From: Callorhinchus milii
Taxonomy: Eukaryota
Assembly: GCF_018977255.1 (NCBI RefSeq)
Contig: NW_024704742.1
Span: 64,234,001-64,298,000, forward strand
DNA length: 64,000 nt
Direction: 5' to 3'
Shown piece after piece: positions 1 to 13,155 of the stretch. Made by a program: the position numbers and the translations under genes. Position 1 is the stretch's first letter; each line of letters begins with the position of its first letter. The notes beneath the pieces are model-generated. The model made no database searches, was not told the DNA's origin, and saw nothing but the letters and a program-made list of their open reading frames with translations.

Positions 1-66
1 AAGCCGTTTATTCAATCCCATTGCCCATGCTATCTCCATACCCTTTCATCCCCATACCCAATGCTC

Positions 67-290
67 CCATGGCACTACTTGAAAAGAGAAGGGAGATTCT
101 ATCAGTCTCCTGGCAAACAAACCCCCAGATAAAATTGGTCATTCACTTCATGCTTTTTGGGGAACATTACTGTGTGCAAATTGGCTGCTGTGTTCACCTA
201 CAAATACACTTTCACTTTGTAATACAATTCTGGTAAGCAACTTGAGTGCCTCAATGACATGATAAGGCACTATATCCAATGCAAACATAG
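67..290 (+). mobile_element. Old Deu-domain-type SINE, 3' half
   Basis: ccatggcacta...gaaaagagaaggga...tcctggcaaaca...cagataaaattggtcattcac...tgtgcaaattggctgc...aaggcactatatccaatgca. Homologous to the better preserved copy at 55033-55462. Confidence 0.75.
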
Positions 291-561
291 TTGTAAAACT
301 TAAGAAGGAATTTTGATACATATTTTGTCTGTGATTATTTATTGGGAAAACAGTCACAATGAACAAGGTGGAATAGCAAAAAAAATCTTCTTTGATATGC
401 TTATTGTACACATCTCTTTTGTGTCACGAAATCTGTGAACATTCAGTAGACAGGTGCTATTAAAAATAATAGAGTTCAGAAGCGGTTCTCCGTGCAGCAC
501 ATTTTTGTGATGAGCAATGACAATGCTATGTTGATTGTTTCAAATTGTGGCATCTCAGCTC

Positions 562-662
562 AATCATAGATTTACATAGATTTACAAAGATTATACAGCA
601 CCGAAACAGGCCATTCGGTCCAACCAGTCTGTGCTGTGTGAAGTTTATACTGCATCTGCTCC
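562..662 (-). mobile_element. CR1-type LINE 3' tail fragment
   Basis: Short tandem tail (catagattta x2) followed by acagcaccgaaacaggccattcggtcc, the reverse complement of a CR1-like 3' end. Similar ends occur at 26934 and 54128. Confidence 0.6.
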
Positions 663-687
663 TTATTCTCTTAATCTTATTACTCCT

Positions 688-2042
688 CACTCCAATCGGG
701 TTTCTGTGCTGCCCACAGTACAGAAACTACTCTGGTCAAGGTCACAAACAACATCCTGACCATGTGTGACCAGGGCTCCCTCTGCCTCCTCGTCCTCCTC
801 GACCTCTCCGCCGCCTTTGACACCGTGGACCATTCAATCCTCCTCCACCACCTCTCTTCCCACCTCAACCTTCAAGGTTCTGTCCTTGACTGGTTCAGGT
901 CCAACCTTTCACACCGCCTCCACTTTGTCGCGGCAAATGGCTTCTCCTCCAGCCCAGCACTGTCTCGTGCGGTGTTCCTCAGGGCTCTGTCCTCGGTCCC
1001 CTCCTCTTCACCCTCTACATGCTCCCTCTTGGTGACATCATCCACAGACATGGGGTAAATTTCCACATGTATGCGGATGACACCCAACTCTATCTCTCTG
1101 CCTCCACCCTGAACTCCAGGACTACTGGTGTCCTGACCGACTGCCTGTCCGACATCAAGTCCTGGACGAGGGACAACTTTCTCCAACTCAACGTCAGCGA
1201 GATCGAGGCCCTCCTGATTGGCTCGTGCCAGTGCCTCTGCACCTCAGGCGCTGGCACCATCAGCCTCCACGGCTGTACACTCAACCTCACTAACCCAGTC
1301 AGGAACCTGGGTATCTTGTTTGACCCTGAACTGTCCTTTCTCCCCCACATCCACGCCATGACCGGCATTGCCTACCACCACCTCCACAATATTGCCAGAC
1401 TCCGCCTCTGCCTCACCCCTCAGGCTCCGAAACCCTCACCCACACATTCGTCACATCAAGGCTCGATTACGGGAACTTCCTCCTCATCGGCCTTCCCAAC
1501 TCTTCCCTTCACAAGCTGCAGATCATCCGAAACTCGGCACTCATGTACTCTCACGCACCAGGCTCCGTGGCCCCATCACTCCCACCCTCGCCTGACTCCA
1601 CTGGCTCCCCATCCCCCAGAGGATTGAGCTCAAGATCCTCATCCTCACCTTTAAGGCTACCCATGGCCTTACCCCCTCCTACCTCTCTGACCTGCTGACT
1701 CCCTACCAACCTGCCCACTCCTTCCGTTCAGCGGGCTCCGGCCTGCTCCATGTCTCCCGCCTGACCCGCCCTACCATCGGTGGCCGGGCTTTCAACCTCT
1801 CTGCCCCCACACTCTGGAACTCCATCCCATGGTCCCTTCACCTCGCTTCCTCCCTTGCCTCCTTCAAGGCCAGTCTCAAGACCCTTCTCTTCAATCGTTC
1901 CTTTGGTCTCCCTCCCACCTTCGCCCCTACACCACCCTTCCCCCATGCTCGGGCCCCGACACCTGACTGTTCAGCGCTTTGGGATGTCCTCCCGACGTGA
2001 AAGGCGCTCTATAGATGTAATATTGTTATTGTTGTTGTTATT
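688..2042 (+). mobile_element. L2-clade LINE, 5'-truncated and frameshifted (subfamily 1)
   Basis: RT motifs LLDLSAAFDTVDH (ORF 762-1058) and [12 protein letters not shown] (ORF 1019-1627); 3' stem-loop gcgcttt...aaggcgc; (TTG)n-like tail. Nearly colinear with 29549-31035. Confidence 0.95.
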
Positions 2043-2565
2043 CCCATACCATTCTATTCCAGTCTACCTCATGTATATCGAGCCTCCTCTTAAATGCATC
2101 TATATTATCTGCTATACTTTCAGGTAAGATTACCACCTCAAAGCACTTCCTAAAGGTAACTGGCAGTATGGAACACTGGAGTCTCACGTCAAATCCTAGT
2201 GTGGGGCTCAAACCCACAACATCCTGACCCCCAAGGTGAGAGTGCTATCAACCGAGCCAGACTGAAAATAACAATTCAAGATGATCTGTAGCAGTTGCCC
2301 ATGTTCATCCCCACGCTGGCAACTCTCAAGTTTTCCATCTGTGTAATGTGTCAGCCTGGCTTAGTTGGTAACATTCTCACCTCTCGATCAGAAGGATCAG
2401 GAGGTGAGAATCTCATCAATTGAAGATTTGATCTGATAATCTAAATTGACATTCTAGCCCAGAACTCAGTGTTAGTGTGGGGGAGGAGGGGGAATAGTGA
2501 AGGCAAGCTAGCATTGTTCAAGGTAATAACAGTAGGAGCCCTCAAATTTTGCCAAATAGAAACTT

Positions 2566-2926
2566 TAATAATAATAACAATAATAATCCTTGTATTTGAT
2601 ATAGAACCTTATCATGTCTTTGAGATGTCTGATAGAACTTCACAGAATATACTATAAAGTAGATTGACTGTATATTTTGTGGGGGAAAAGTGGCAGCTAA
2701 TTGCGTACCGCAGTGTCCCCACAAACAGTCGTAGATTCAGTGGGGGAGGGATTATTACCCCTGGAAAGCCATCCGCCAATTCACTAACAACCAGGTTTCT
2801 CTTACTGATAGGTAAACAGAGGCGTGTGGAGTAAGCAAACTTGCCTAAGGTTTCACAGCGCCGAGCGATTGAACCCAGGTCCTCTCGCTTGCGAGGTGAG
2901 CGCATTAATCACTACGCTATGAGGAG
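2566..2926 (-). mobile_element. tRNA-headed SINE, intermediate subfamily B
   Basis: (TTA)n tail, L2-like 3' end, internal block ...tgtttaccta...gttgttagt...attggcggat, and a degenerate tRNA head. Confidence 0.85.
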
Positions 2927-3489
2927 CTGTAAGGTGCCACAACTCAGGTCTTGTCTACCTGCTCCTCCATTGGGACATCAAATATATTGTTATACCACTC
3001 TGTATTTCAAAAACAGAAGTTTCTCCCACCATCCTGGTCATCAATCCCTGAGATGACATGGACGTTCACCTCACGACTGTTGCGTGAAATGCTGTTGCAT
3101 TTGCCCAAACACTCTGTACACTCAACACTAATTACATGGTGAAGTGTCCTGGGACCATTCAAAGTGATCATATGCCATGAAATGCTGTCATGCTCTTTCT
3201 TTTGTTTACAGCAGGAATTTCTTGCTAACAACGAACATTTCTTATGACATTTTTTCTCTGTGATGTTTGGCCTTAAAGACAAGTGAGGGGATAAAGTGCT
3301 TTCATATCAGACTACTCATTTTACACAGTTGTCAGATAGTGAGCAGGAATGTAAGTGATAAAGGCTGGTTCACAATGAGGGGAGGGTTGAAAAATTACTT
3401 GTGAGGTTAAATGATTGCATAAGTGGTGCATTGACACAGGGTAAAATGCATCTCAGGACTTAAAGTGCATCTCTTATTATTCAAGTGCA

Positions 3490-3830
3490 TTAGAAAGAGT
3501 ACAGTGTGGGTTACAAGGGCATTACCAAGGATGAGTGGACACAGCCATCAAAAAAGGTTGGACAGATTGGAGCTTTTGAGACAATTGAGAAGGGACCTGA
3601 TAAAGTGGTTTAAGATTATGAAAGCTTCAATAAGGTGGATGTTCATGGGTTGTTTCCACTTGTTGTTGAGTCCAAAACAAGAGAGGGTAAAAAATATGAT
3701 ATCCAATGGTAGATCTACTGGGGAGATTAGGAGAAACTTGTTGACCCAGAGGCTAGTGAAAGTGCAGAATTCATTGCTGGAAACTGTGGTTGAAGTAAAA
3801 ACCATAAATGTATTTAGGAGAAAACTTTAG
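3490..3830 (+). mobile_element. Old CR1-type LINE 3' ORF2 fragment
   Basis: ORF 3465-3830 contains RLDRLELL..LRRDLIKWFKIMK and RRNLLTQRLVKVQNSL, typical of the CR1 ORF2 C-terminus. Confidence 0.8.
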
Positions 3831-5488
3831 GAGGGAATTTTAACATTAGGATAACTTTATTCAGAGCTGTGATTATAGTATCCTCCTGGCTATGTCTTCA
3901 GAATGGGATCTCCCTTCACAAATAACAACAACAACAAATTACATTTCACATCGGGAGGACATCCCAAGGCACTGGGCAGTCAGGGATTTTGACCTGATCA
4001 GGGATTTGGAACTTAGAGCAGTCAGCATGGCTAACTTTCATTGTTCCACCTACAAAAGTACAGTCACTGCATTTTCCAGTAAATCATGTGAAGCCCTTTG
4101 AGGTGTCCTGACATGAAAGAGTCTATATCAAATGTAAGGATTATTATTATCATTTTTGTTATAGTGGGCAGTCAGCCCATACATTCCTTGCTTACAACAA
4201 TCTGAGATTGGGAGGTGGGGAGAAAGACTCTTAGCAAGCTACCCCTTGTCATCTCACAGCCATTTCTTCACTTGATGCTCCTGTAACTAGCGAAATCTGA
4301 AACATTTCAGTCTCCCTGCCAGATTATTACAGTGTCAGTTATCAGCAATCAATCAGCCTGGAGAGTGTCTGCTGCGACAGTCTCCCAATGCATTTCTCTA
4401 CAACTCAATCAGACAATTTGTCACAATTTTGTCATTTCTTGATCATTCATCCAGTGATTATTTACCTCATGGAGAACGTGAAGACTATTATGAAGACATA
4501 GCCAAAAGTTCGCTCCAATCATAGCTCCACATAAAGTTGCCCCAATGTTACAAATTTCCTACTCCTTCACTTATGCATCACATTTTCTCTTATGTCAATT
4601 GGAAGTACAGTATTATTATTATTATTATCATTATTACTGTTATCTTTACTAGTGGAGGTAGCGTGGGAACAAAATGTAATATTCAAGGTCAGAGCTGCCA
4701 TAACCTACCAATAATATACCTAAGGTCAAGTGTGCATCCTTGCAGAGTATATATTAATTTTTTTGTTTGGTCAGCCGGGTGTGGGATACTTACAGTATGT
4801 GTGGTTTCTCATTTTTAATTTATCAGTTTTGTGGCGTGCTTCTGGTGAAAGCAGCCTGGTCATGTGTTCAGTTAATAGGCTCTGAACTAGTCGAGTAGCA
4901 AATCACTGATGAAGCAGGAACCAGAGAGGGCAAATAGTCCATTGGCTGTTCAATAGAGTGCTACCAGAACATCTGGCTGAAGTTAACACACACACCGATA
5001 TTTGGAATTTAGCAGCACGGTCAGCAAATGCAGACACACTACAAAGATTGCTATAATTTCAAACTGATCTTCATGCAGACTTGATCAAGCCCCAATGGGA
5101 TTGTTTCACCACCTGAACACCTTCAGGTTAATCACAATCTGAAAGAAAGAGTTGTAAGAATTCAGGTCAGCAATAAGGAGACAGAGTTTCAATGAAACAG
5201 ATGTCTGATGCTAATTTCCTGCAAAAGTAACAAGCAGCTATTATGACAAATGTTTGGCACCACCTGCTCTGTGGATTTTATTGGTGATGGGGTTCCAATG
5301 AGTTTCCTCAGAAAAAGATTGCAAACCATGACTCATTCTGGGAACTGGAAGCCAACTCGCTAGATTGTTGCTCTGTCGGGAAGTGCCGCCTGGTCAGTGT
5401 GAGATGCTTTCATTTAACATGAGGAGCCCCATTTGTGATTTAGAGTCTTTATTAAGAAACCCACTTGTAATCGTTGCAATTACTAACA

Positions 5489-5825
5489 GGCTCCTGCTAT
5501 TTTCTTGCAAGCCAAAGCCTTAGCGGTAAGGTAGTCCAAGTTGAACAAACGGTGGGCAGCTTGCCAGAGTGTTTGCAATGATGAGCTGCACAGTTTGAGC
5601 TGCTTAACTCCAGCCGTAGCCCCAACACACGTTCTGAGGTGACAATCGACACCTTTATGAAATTAAGTAAGCAGGAGGGGGTGCCGCTCTGGGAGAGACA
5701 CAGACAAATTTCAGACACAGGGAAATTTCAATGCATGTATGGTACTCCAAGTAGCTTAGTTTGGATACTCTTAAGCATGGGGATGGGTTTCCATGTGTGC
5801 CACTCAACTCACCAAATTAAAATTA
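5489..5825 (+). mobile_element. Unclassified ~400 bp A-tailed repeat (family X), degenerate copy
   Basis: Contains gcaagccaaagcc and tttggatactcttaagcatggggatgggtttcc, shared with the copies at 36941, 45329 and 54365. Confidence 0.75.
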
Positions 5826-6129
5826 AAATTGCTGCAATTTAGAGCCCATCTGGCAACAATACATTTAAAAGCCATTTTGGCTGCATACTGACTCATTCAA
5901 TGACTGAATATATAATTGAACATCTAGGACAAAGTGGATGAAATGTAGAGAGCATTCATCTCAATCAACACAAGCAAGAAAATGTCAATTCTTACCATCA
6001 AGGTCATCTTTTCCCTTGCTTATTAGCCAGGTGGATTCTAGAGTAACTTATTTGCCCTTGTTTGGAAATGACATAGACAAGCACTCTTTTACAGAGACAT
6101 AAAATGCGATATGTGATGTGATATTTACC

Positions 6130-6420
6130 ATCCTAGCTCATATGTTGGTTGCACTCTCATCTCTGAGTCAGTAGGTTGTGGTTTCAAGTTACACATCAGG
6201 ACTTTGAACTCATATAATCTGGGTTGACTGGGGTTGTGTTTCATTGTCAGAGGTGAATTGGGACGTCCTCCCAATGTGAAAAGCACTATACAAATGTAAT
6301 TTTTGGTGTTGTTGTTGCTGTTGCTAAATCCCTTTGACTGAGATGTTAAACTGAGGCACTGTCTGTTTGACATTAAAAGATTTCATGGCACAATTTGGCA
6401 GACTTTAAAAGATCCTATGG
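6130..6420 (+). mobile_element. Old Deu-type SINE 5' half with a nested L2 tail (~6258-6325)
   Basis: tRNA-like head (gcactctcatctctgagtcag..ggtttcaag) and Deu-like gagatgttaaactgagg...cattaaaagatttcatggcac, interrupted by gggacgtcctcccaatgtgaaaagc..(ttg)n. Confidence 0.7.
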
Positions 6421-6585
6421 CTTGAATGCATATCCTTCTGAACCAGAGGTGAGAGTTATTGACTGAGCCAGGCTGACCCCATAAAGAATAAACAGCATAA
6501 TGATAGCATTGGGGAGCAGACAACAGTCTAGTTTGAAATGAACCCTTAAAAAGGTTGTGATTCCTGCTTGACATTCGAGGATGAG

Positions 6586-6620
<35 letters not shown>

Positions 6621-6790
6621 CCTTGCATTTGATATAGCGCTTTTCACGTCGGGAGGACGTCCCAAAGCGCTTCATAGAACACACTGTAAAGTGAATTGGC
6701 TGTATATTTGTGGGCGAATGCGGCAGCCAATTGCGCACAGCAATGTCCCACAAACAGTCGTAGATTGAAAATGACCAATTTATTATTGTT
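6586..6790 (-). mobile_element. Young SINE subfamily A, 5'-truncated
   Basis: Long (TTA)n tail and a 3' half near-identical to 7235-7562. Confidence 0.9.
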
Positions 6791-7234
6791 GATTGTAGAT
6801 AAACATAATAGGGAAAGACATTTTATTGCAGTACACAGTAAAATATGACAATGAATGGAGTAAAACAGATTAGCTGTGAGTTATGAACACCCGAGATGAA
6901 CATGGGCACCGCCTACGCTATATGTTTCAAAGAGCTGTACAGAAGAGCTGAGTCACACAGCTCAAAATGTCAGAAAAAGTTTTTCATCTCAGACATCCAT
7001 TTCCACCCAGTTGGCAGCAAGGCACTGTCAGTAAAAACTCCAGTACTCAATCAGACAGATGGTGGCATTTCCAGTTCAGTTCATCCTGGTTTGGGGACAA
7101 ATCCAGCAGAGAATTACTGTTATAATTCAACAAGAAAACTATCCAGGCCTAATCTATCTGTGCTGGTTCATTTAAAGAGCAATCTTTCCATATTCTTCTA
7201 TAATAGAAGGTGTAACATTTTAAAGGGATTGACA

Positions 7235-7562
7235 AATAATAATAATAATAATAATAATCCTTGCATTTGATATAGCGCTTTTCACGTCAGGAGGACGTCC
7301 CAAAGCGCTTCACAGAACACACTGTAAAGTGAATTGACTGTATATTTGTGGGCGAACGCGGCAGCCAATTGCGCACAGCAATGTCCCACAAACAGTCGTA
7401 GATTGAAAAATGACCAATTTATTATTGTTTTTGTTTTTGGAGGGATTATTATTAGGCGTGTGGAGTAAGGAAACTTGCCCAAGGTTTCGCCCTCTGCCTG
7501 GAATTGAACTCAGGTCTCTCACTTGCAAAGCGAGTGCTCTAACCACTGAGCTACAGGACTCC
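7235..7562 (-). mobile_element. Young tRNA(Ala)-like-headed SINE, subfamily A, full length
   Basis: Head ggagtcctgTAGCTCAGTGG (A box)...GAGTTCAATTCC (B box), anticodon-like loop TTTGCAA, L2-like 3' stem-loop and (TTA)n tail. Confidence 0.95.
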
Positions 7563-10500
7563 GAATAATAATCATTAAATGGGATAGTTATCTGAATTTT
7601 AATGAATCAACCTGGTTTCTTCGCTCTTCTTCCAAAGGCCTTGTTTCAAGTTGGAAGTACTCCTTTCACAGAAGCACCTAGTCATCCACTGTCTTATCCT
7701 ACGGGCACTCTTCACCTGTGAGCCTAAACAACGCCAAGAAAGTCAACTATGATATTCAGCTAAATGGATGCTCAGACATGCTCTTTCTAAGTCAGGGTCT
7801 ATGGATATTAATCATAGGCTCACTTTCTTCTCATTTCACCTGTTAAATCCAATTCTAATATCCTGCATTCCCAACAGGAAAATCTTCATTGTTCAGTCAC
7901 ACAAAGAGATGTTCAACCAGAAAGCGTTAAAACAATCCTCTTCATTAATTGGTAGGAAATAGAGTCAACTGATCGTGAAAGGTGCATCACCAAAAGAATG
8001 CATTCAATACATATTTCCATGTTAAGAGAAATCTTTAGAGATACCAGCACTCAGATACTCTATGTTTTTCAAAATATAGTTTGAAAACTGCAATAGAAAA
8101 CATGCACCAACATTGCTTTAGATTGCCTTAGTTTTCTTCAGAACCTACTCCAGGATTCAAAATCATTCTCAAGTACACTTTTCACATTTCCAGTGCTACT
8201 AGACTAGTTAGCTTCGTCCTTGGATCAATACATTTGTGGAAGGTCATTATGATTACATATTAGAATTATCTAATGCATGGGTTGGATTCAAAGACCAAGT
8301 GAATGCGACATTGACCGCTTGTCAAGCCCTCCGGAACACTACCCCACGTGATGGGCGCTATATAAATGCAAGTTATTGTTGCTGTTAAAGGCTATATGAT
8401 AGTCTATTTTCACCGTGGATAAGTTTATAAAATCTGGTTATTACGTCACATAATGAGTGAAACAAAATTTAAAGTAAAACCGATAAATGAGGGTTGGACA
8501 AAGACAGGCTTTTCAGACTTGTCCTAGTTTCTTTCCTCAATTAGAATAATCTCTTATTTAGCTCCTGCTAAAGTGATATCTAATTATAACAAATTTGATA
8601 AGTTCTTTTAAAAAAGCAAGTGACAGTTAATATTCTTATTAATTGGTTTTCTTTGTCAATTATAGAAATGTAACCTTAAAATGTTTACAATGTTTACAAG
8701 TTACTATCAATCCTGATCCAGTGTGCTTCTTACAGATGTAAAATTCTCATGCAAACACTGGTCACTAAGAAATAATAGTTCAATTGTTGTGTAATTCAGA
8801 TCAGAGGGTGAATTTATTTTATTATGTCTTTTTTTTCCAATCAACATTTTTTTTCCCACAAAGGACATTAACTAGGGAATACCTTGTTGTATCCCCAATT
8901 TTTGCAGAATACAGGTATCCATTGTAAAACATTATAATCTTACTCATATTGGGCAAAGACACTTGTCAGTTTTTTCAGTGTAGGGAAACTGTTTCACTTT
9001 ATTTGCACTTTGCCTTCTATTCCTATCCTGGCCAACAATCGCCCATATAAAATTGGTTATTCTTTGTGGCTATTAGTGGCTGTGTGCTGCCCACACAGTC
9101 ACAACACTTTACAATATAGCCTGTGAAGCACTTTGTGACATCCCCCGACGTGAAAGGCACTGTGTCAAATATAAGGATTATAATTATACCTCAGAATACT
9201 GAGTAGGTTACCATAGATTTCTAGTTCTTTTAACAAAAATACTTTCAAGTAAAATCTTACCTTCAGATGGTGAAAAAAAACAAGACCACATAATATTAAT
9301 GATCTTCCTCTCCCCCAAAACATGTTTAAAGTTTGTAAATAAACTTCACATCAATCCATGTATCAACATGATAACAATGCATGTTAATTACCGTTCACAC
9401 ATTCATGCTAGCTCCAACACATTTTATTTTCTTCAGACATTCCTAACAGTTGAATGGAATTAGTCTAAGATGTTCTGTGTAAGATCCCAAACAACCTCTA
9501 TTTTATCACCTGTCTGCATTGCAAAAAAACCCATCAAAGTACAGGAATGACATTGCTACTTGTTTCATCTGCTGATGCTCAATCTGTGTACATAGCAAAC
9601 AGTATTTGCTCTATCTGATGGCCCAACACACCCATTGACTTGGGGTCGATTGCCAGGGGGTTGCTTACATACAATGCTTATTTACGAAGGAAACCTAGAT
9701 GATGAATGTCATAATAATTTACCACATAGCAGATGACCAGCCTTCCAAAGCATGCAAAGGCCAGGTGCTTCCTGATAACAGAGAGAAATCAGAAGGAAAG
9801 CAGCATGATCTTCATAGAAATCTTTGAAGATCAGATAAACAGCAACCCTGGTAGAAGTCATGCATCGAACCTCTCAGTCAGTCTGATTTGAGCTAAGGGA
9901 GGTTAGATACGTAAGAGAACACAATATTGTGAAGACCTACAAATAAAGCCTCACCCAGAATGTGAGGGAGTAGAATTTGGCAACATAACTTCTGCGGCTC
10001 GTACTAACGTTTTAAATAACTGCTTACTTAAATGAAAGTAAAAAGCATTTTGTACAGTAAGTTCCCCCTGCCACACAAAAAATTGCTTTAATTCCAACTA
10101 TAAGATTGATCAGCTTACCTTTGTAAAAGCCGTTGCACTTTTATATTTCAATTTATGAATTTAGGATTTTGAATTAAAATCTCACATAATTAGTGGCCAA
10201 TAGTTTTCAAAAGTTTAATGAAAAATTTTTTCATAAAATAAAATAAAGCAAAGTAAAAAATCACACAATAGTATTTCCCACAGCATCACGCTTAAACAAA
10301 CAGGGATAAAGATATTAACAATGTACAGATTGGCAAAACAACTTCCTTCAACATAGATATGAAGATGATCCTATCTCTTGTAGTCTGCCTAACTCTAAGG
10401 GAGTTTAAAAATCGTGGCTTTAAAATTCAAGATTGAATAAAAGTCTTGTAAATTTCCACTATTACACATCTAAATTGCAGCATTTCTTTTCCCTAGTCTC

Positions 10501-10634
10501 AGTTGCATTCAGCAGCAAACCACGTAAATCAACAGCAGTAGAAATAACCATGGAGAGGTGTGTGTCTGTAGCAACAACAACTTGGATTTATATAGCGCCC
10601 TCCACGCCGGACGTGAATCCAGATCAGATCAGAA

Positions 10635-10800
10635 CTTTAGAAATCAACAAGAAGTTTTTCTTTGCACAGAGGGCAAGCAACAACTGGAACATTTTGCCAG
10701 GAACGGTGATTGAGTGTGGTGGACTTATTTAAAAAGAAGGGTGGGTGTTCTGGAAGGATTAGATCCGGATACTTGACCAGGCAAGCGAAGTTGGGCTTTA
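10635..10800 (+). mobile_element. Old CR1-type LINE fragment
   Basis: Translates as KKFFFAQRASNNWNILPGTVIE, matching the CR1 C-terminal FFxQRVVxxWNxLP motif. Confidence 0.65.
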
Positions 10801-11090
10801 ACAACCATAGTTTCAAAACTGGTACAAATGGATTTTGAGAGAACAAACAGTTATCAATACTATCCCAGTGAAACCTCCTCGGCCGTGAGTGATAACAGAT
10901 TTCAACCAAGGAATAAGGATTTAACATCCGCTTTCTGTTGCTGGGAACAGTCGGACACTAATGTTAACTGAGGAGGAAGCTCGTCCCAAAGTCAGGGCTG
11001 ATTGGTAAAAGGTGAATGTTTGGGCCTTGGATAGCATGTTTTCCAGCCCTCCATAAGGAAAAGAATATAAAGCAACCTCTCCCCCCCATT

Positions 11091-11457
11091 ATAATAATAA
11101 TCCTTGCATTTGATATAGTGCTTTTCACATCTTCTAGACGTCTCAAAGCGCTTCACAGAATATACTGTAAATTGAATTGACTGTATATTTTGTGGGTGAA
11201 ACATGGCAGCCAATTGCACACAGCAGTGTCCCACAAACAGTCGTGGATTGAATGACTAAATTATCTATTTATTTGAAGGATTATTATCCCCGGAAAAACG
11301 ATCCGCCAATTGACTAACAACCGGTTTCCTACTTACTGCTAGGTAAACAGCACTATGTGGAGTAAGGAAACTTGACCAACATTTCGCCCTGCCAGGAATA
11401 GAACTCAGGTCTCTCATTTGCAAGGCGAGTGCTCTAACCACTGAGCTACAGGACTCC
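11091..11457 (-). mobile_element. tRNA-headed SINE, subfamily B, full length
   Basis: ggagtcctgtagctcagtgg head, internal tgtttacctagcagtaagtagg..gttgttagtcaattggcggatcg block, L2-like tail and (TTA)n. Confidence 0.92.
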
Positions 11458-12959
11458 ATAGAGACAATCAATCTAGAGCCTGATCTTTACATAATAGGAC
11501 TGCACAGCAGAGGGTCCAGTAAAAAGGCTGGGCTCAGACGCAGAGGAGCAAACCACTTACCTGAGGAAAAGTGCCACCTCCTGGTGCTCCTAAAGCATTC
11601 CTTAAATAAGTTCAGGAATGGTTTAGGAGCCCTGCAAGCCCCAGAAGCCATCTATCCCATCGTGTCTGCACACTGAATATGCCAGTAGTCCCCACTGGCC
11701 GACGGTCAGCTCAGTTACAGGCAGTAAGAACATTGTATCTGGGAAATAAATCTTTATCTTTACTTTTGTTGATCTATCAAAATCAAGACTGAGGTAGAAT
11801 CCCATCTGGTCTCTGACAGCCTGAGTTTAAATGAAAGCTGGTGCACCGCATGAGCAGCCAGACCATAAGTCCTCAGTTGCTTGTCAATCCACCTTCTGTA
11901 GTTTGAATTGAACTGTTAAGCCATGGGTGTAATGGATAACACATATAGTTCTTTAAGATTCCGAGGCAAACCCAGAGCTATCAGCATCAGTTAGATTTTA
12001 GGAGTAAGATTGATGATCAAATGAAATGCATTTGAGGAATACAGAATATATTGAGCTTTATTGAAAGGCACATCAAAATAGGTCACATTTTTTTTAACCC
12101 AGAATGAATGTGGCTTGACTGCAATTGTCAAAAATTTCCATTGTTATTCCTGGTGCTAACATTTAAAAGAATTTTAAAGAACAAAGCAAAACCTATCAGA
12201 AAATGGAGTCACGTGGATCAGCAACTGGCAACAACCAATTTTTAATTCTAAGAAAATCTTCCCGGGCTCCCAACACGTAAATAATCGTATCATAAATCCA
12301 TTGTTTATTGGTAAATTCTTCAATGATAGTCATTCTGATAGATCCCAATGTCCCTGTAGTAAACCATAACCTACTGCATCCCTTGCCCTCCACCCCTCTT
12401 GATTCCAACCCCCAGCTCAGGTCAAATCCTTGACTATCCTCCCAACATGAAAGACATTTGTTGCTGCTGTTGTTGTGCACCGGGGATGATTTTTTTGTCT
12501 AAAATAGTTTGTTACCTTAAGTTAGGTAATAGACCATGATTCAGAGAACTCTGTTGAGATAATGCCTGTCTACCAGAAGATTGGGAGTTCAAATCACAGA
12601 GTAATTGATATGTGCTCAACACAATTCTGAGCAGATTTTTCTGGTAATGGACAACTTAAGATGCTTTCTTGTGTTCTCGCACCCAATCCTGCCACTTTGC
12701 AGCCCTCTAAGATGCTATCCTGCGTGAGAGGGTGGGAGTTAAAAAAGTGACCAACTTCTATCCTTGTTTCTATCACTTAAAACCTTTACAACTTTTTAGC
12801 TTTTAAAATCAGGTGGAAAGTTGGGAAACAGCTTTAAATGCAATCTTAGCTTTGAGGCTGATTTTCCACAGTACGTTATGGATATTGCAGAAATCAGTTT
12901 CCAACTTATGCCCAGAGTTAACGACTGTTTCCCCAAAATTCATCACGGTCTTACACTTT

Positions 12960-13155
12960 AATTAATTTTTAGTCAACCAGGTGTCTAGCAAACATGGAAC
13001 CCATCTCTATACTTGAAAGTATCCAAACCAGATTACTTAGAGTTGCACATGTACATCGCTTGTCTAGAATGGAGCACCCTCTTTCTACCGAGAGAGACAC
13101 ACTTTTTCTACCCGGAGAGACACACCATGCTGACTTAACATGGGGAAATTTCAGG
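12960..13155 (-). mobile_element. Family X repeat, 3' part
   Basis: tttttagtcaaccaggtgtct..atggaacccatctc..aagtatccaaacc matches the family X 3' end. It carries an internal ~22 bp tandem duplication near 13083-13127. Confidence 0.7.

Noticed and set aside
6415..6768. Recurrent ORFs such as MWDIAVRNWLP..YYYY, poly-I or poly-L, and [17 protein letters not shown] as a small-protein family
   Set aside because: They are translations of the SINE 3' half and its (TTA)n tail in different frames.
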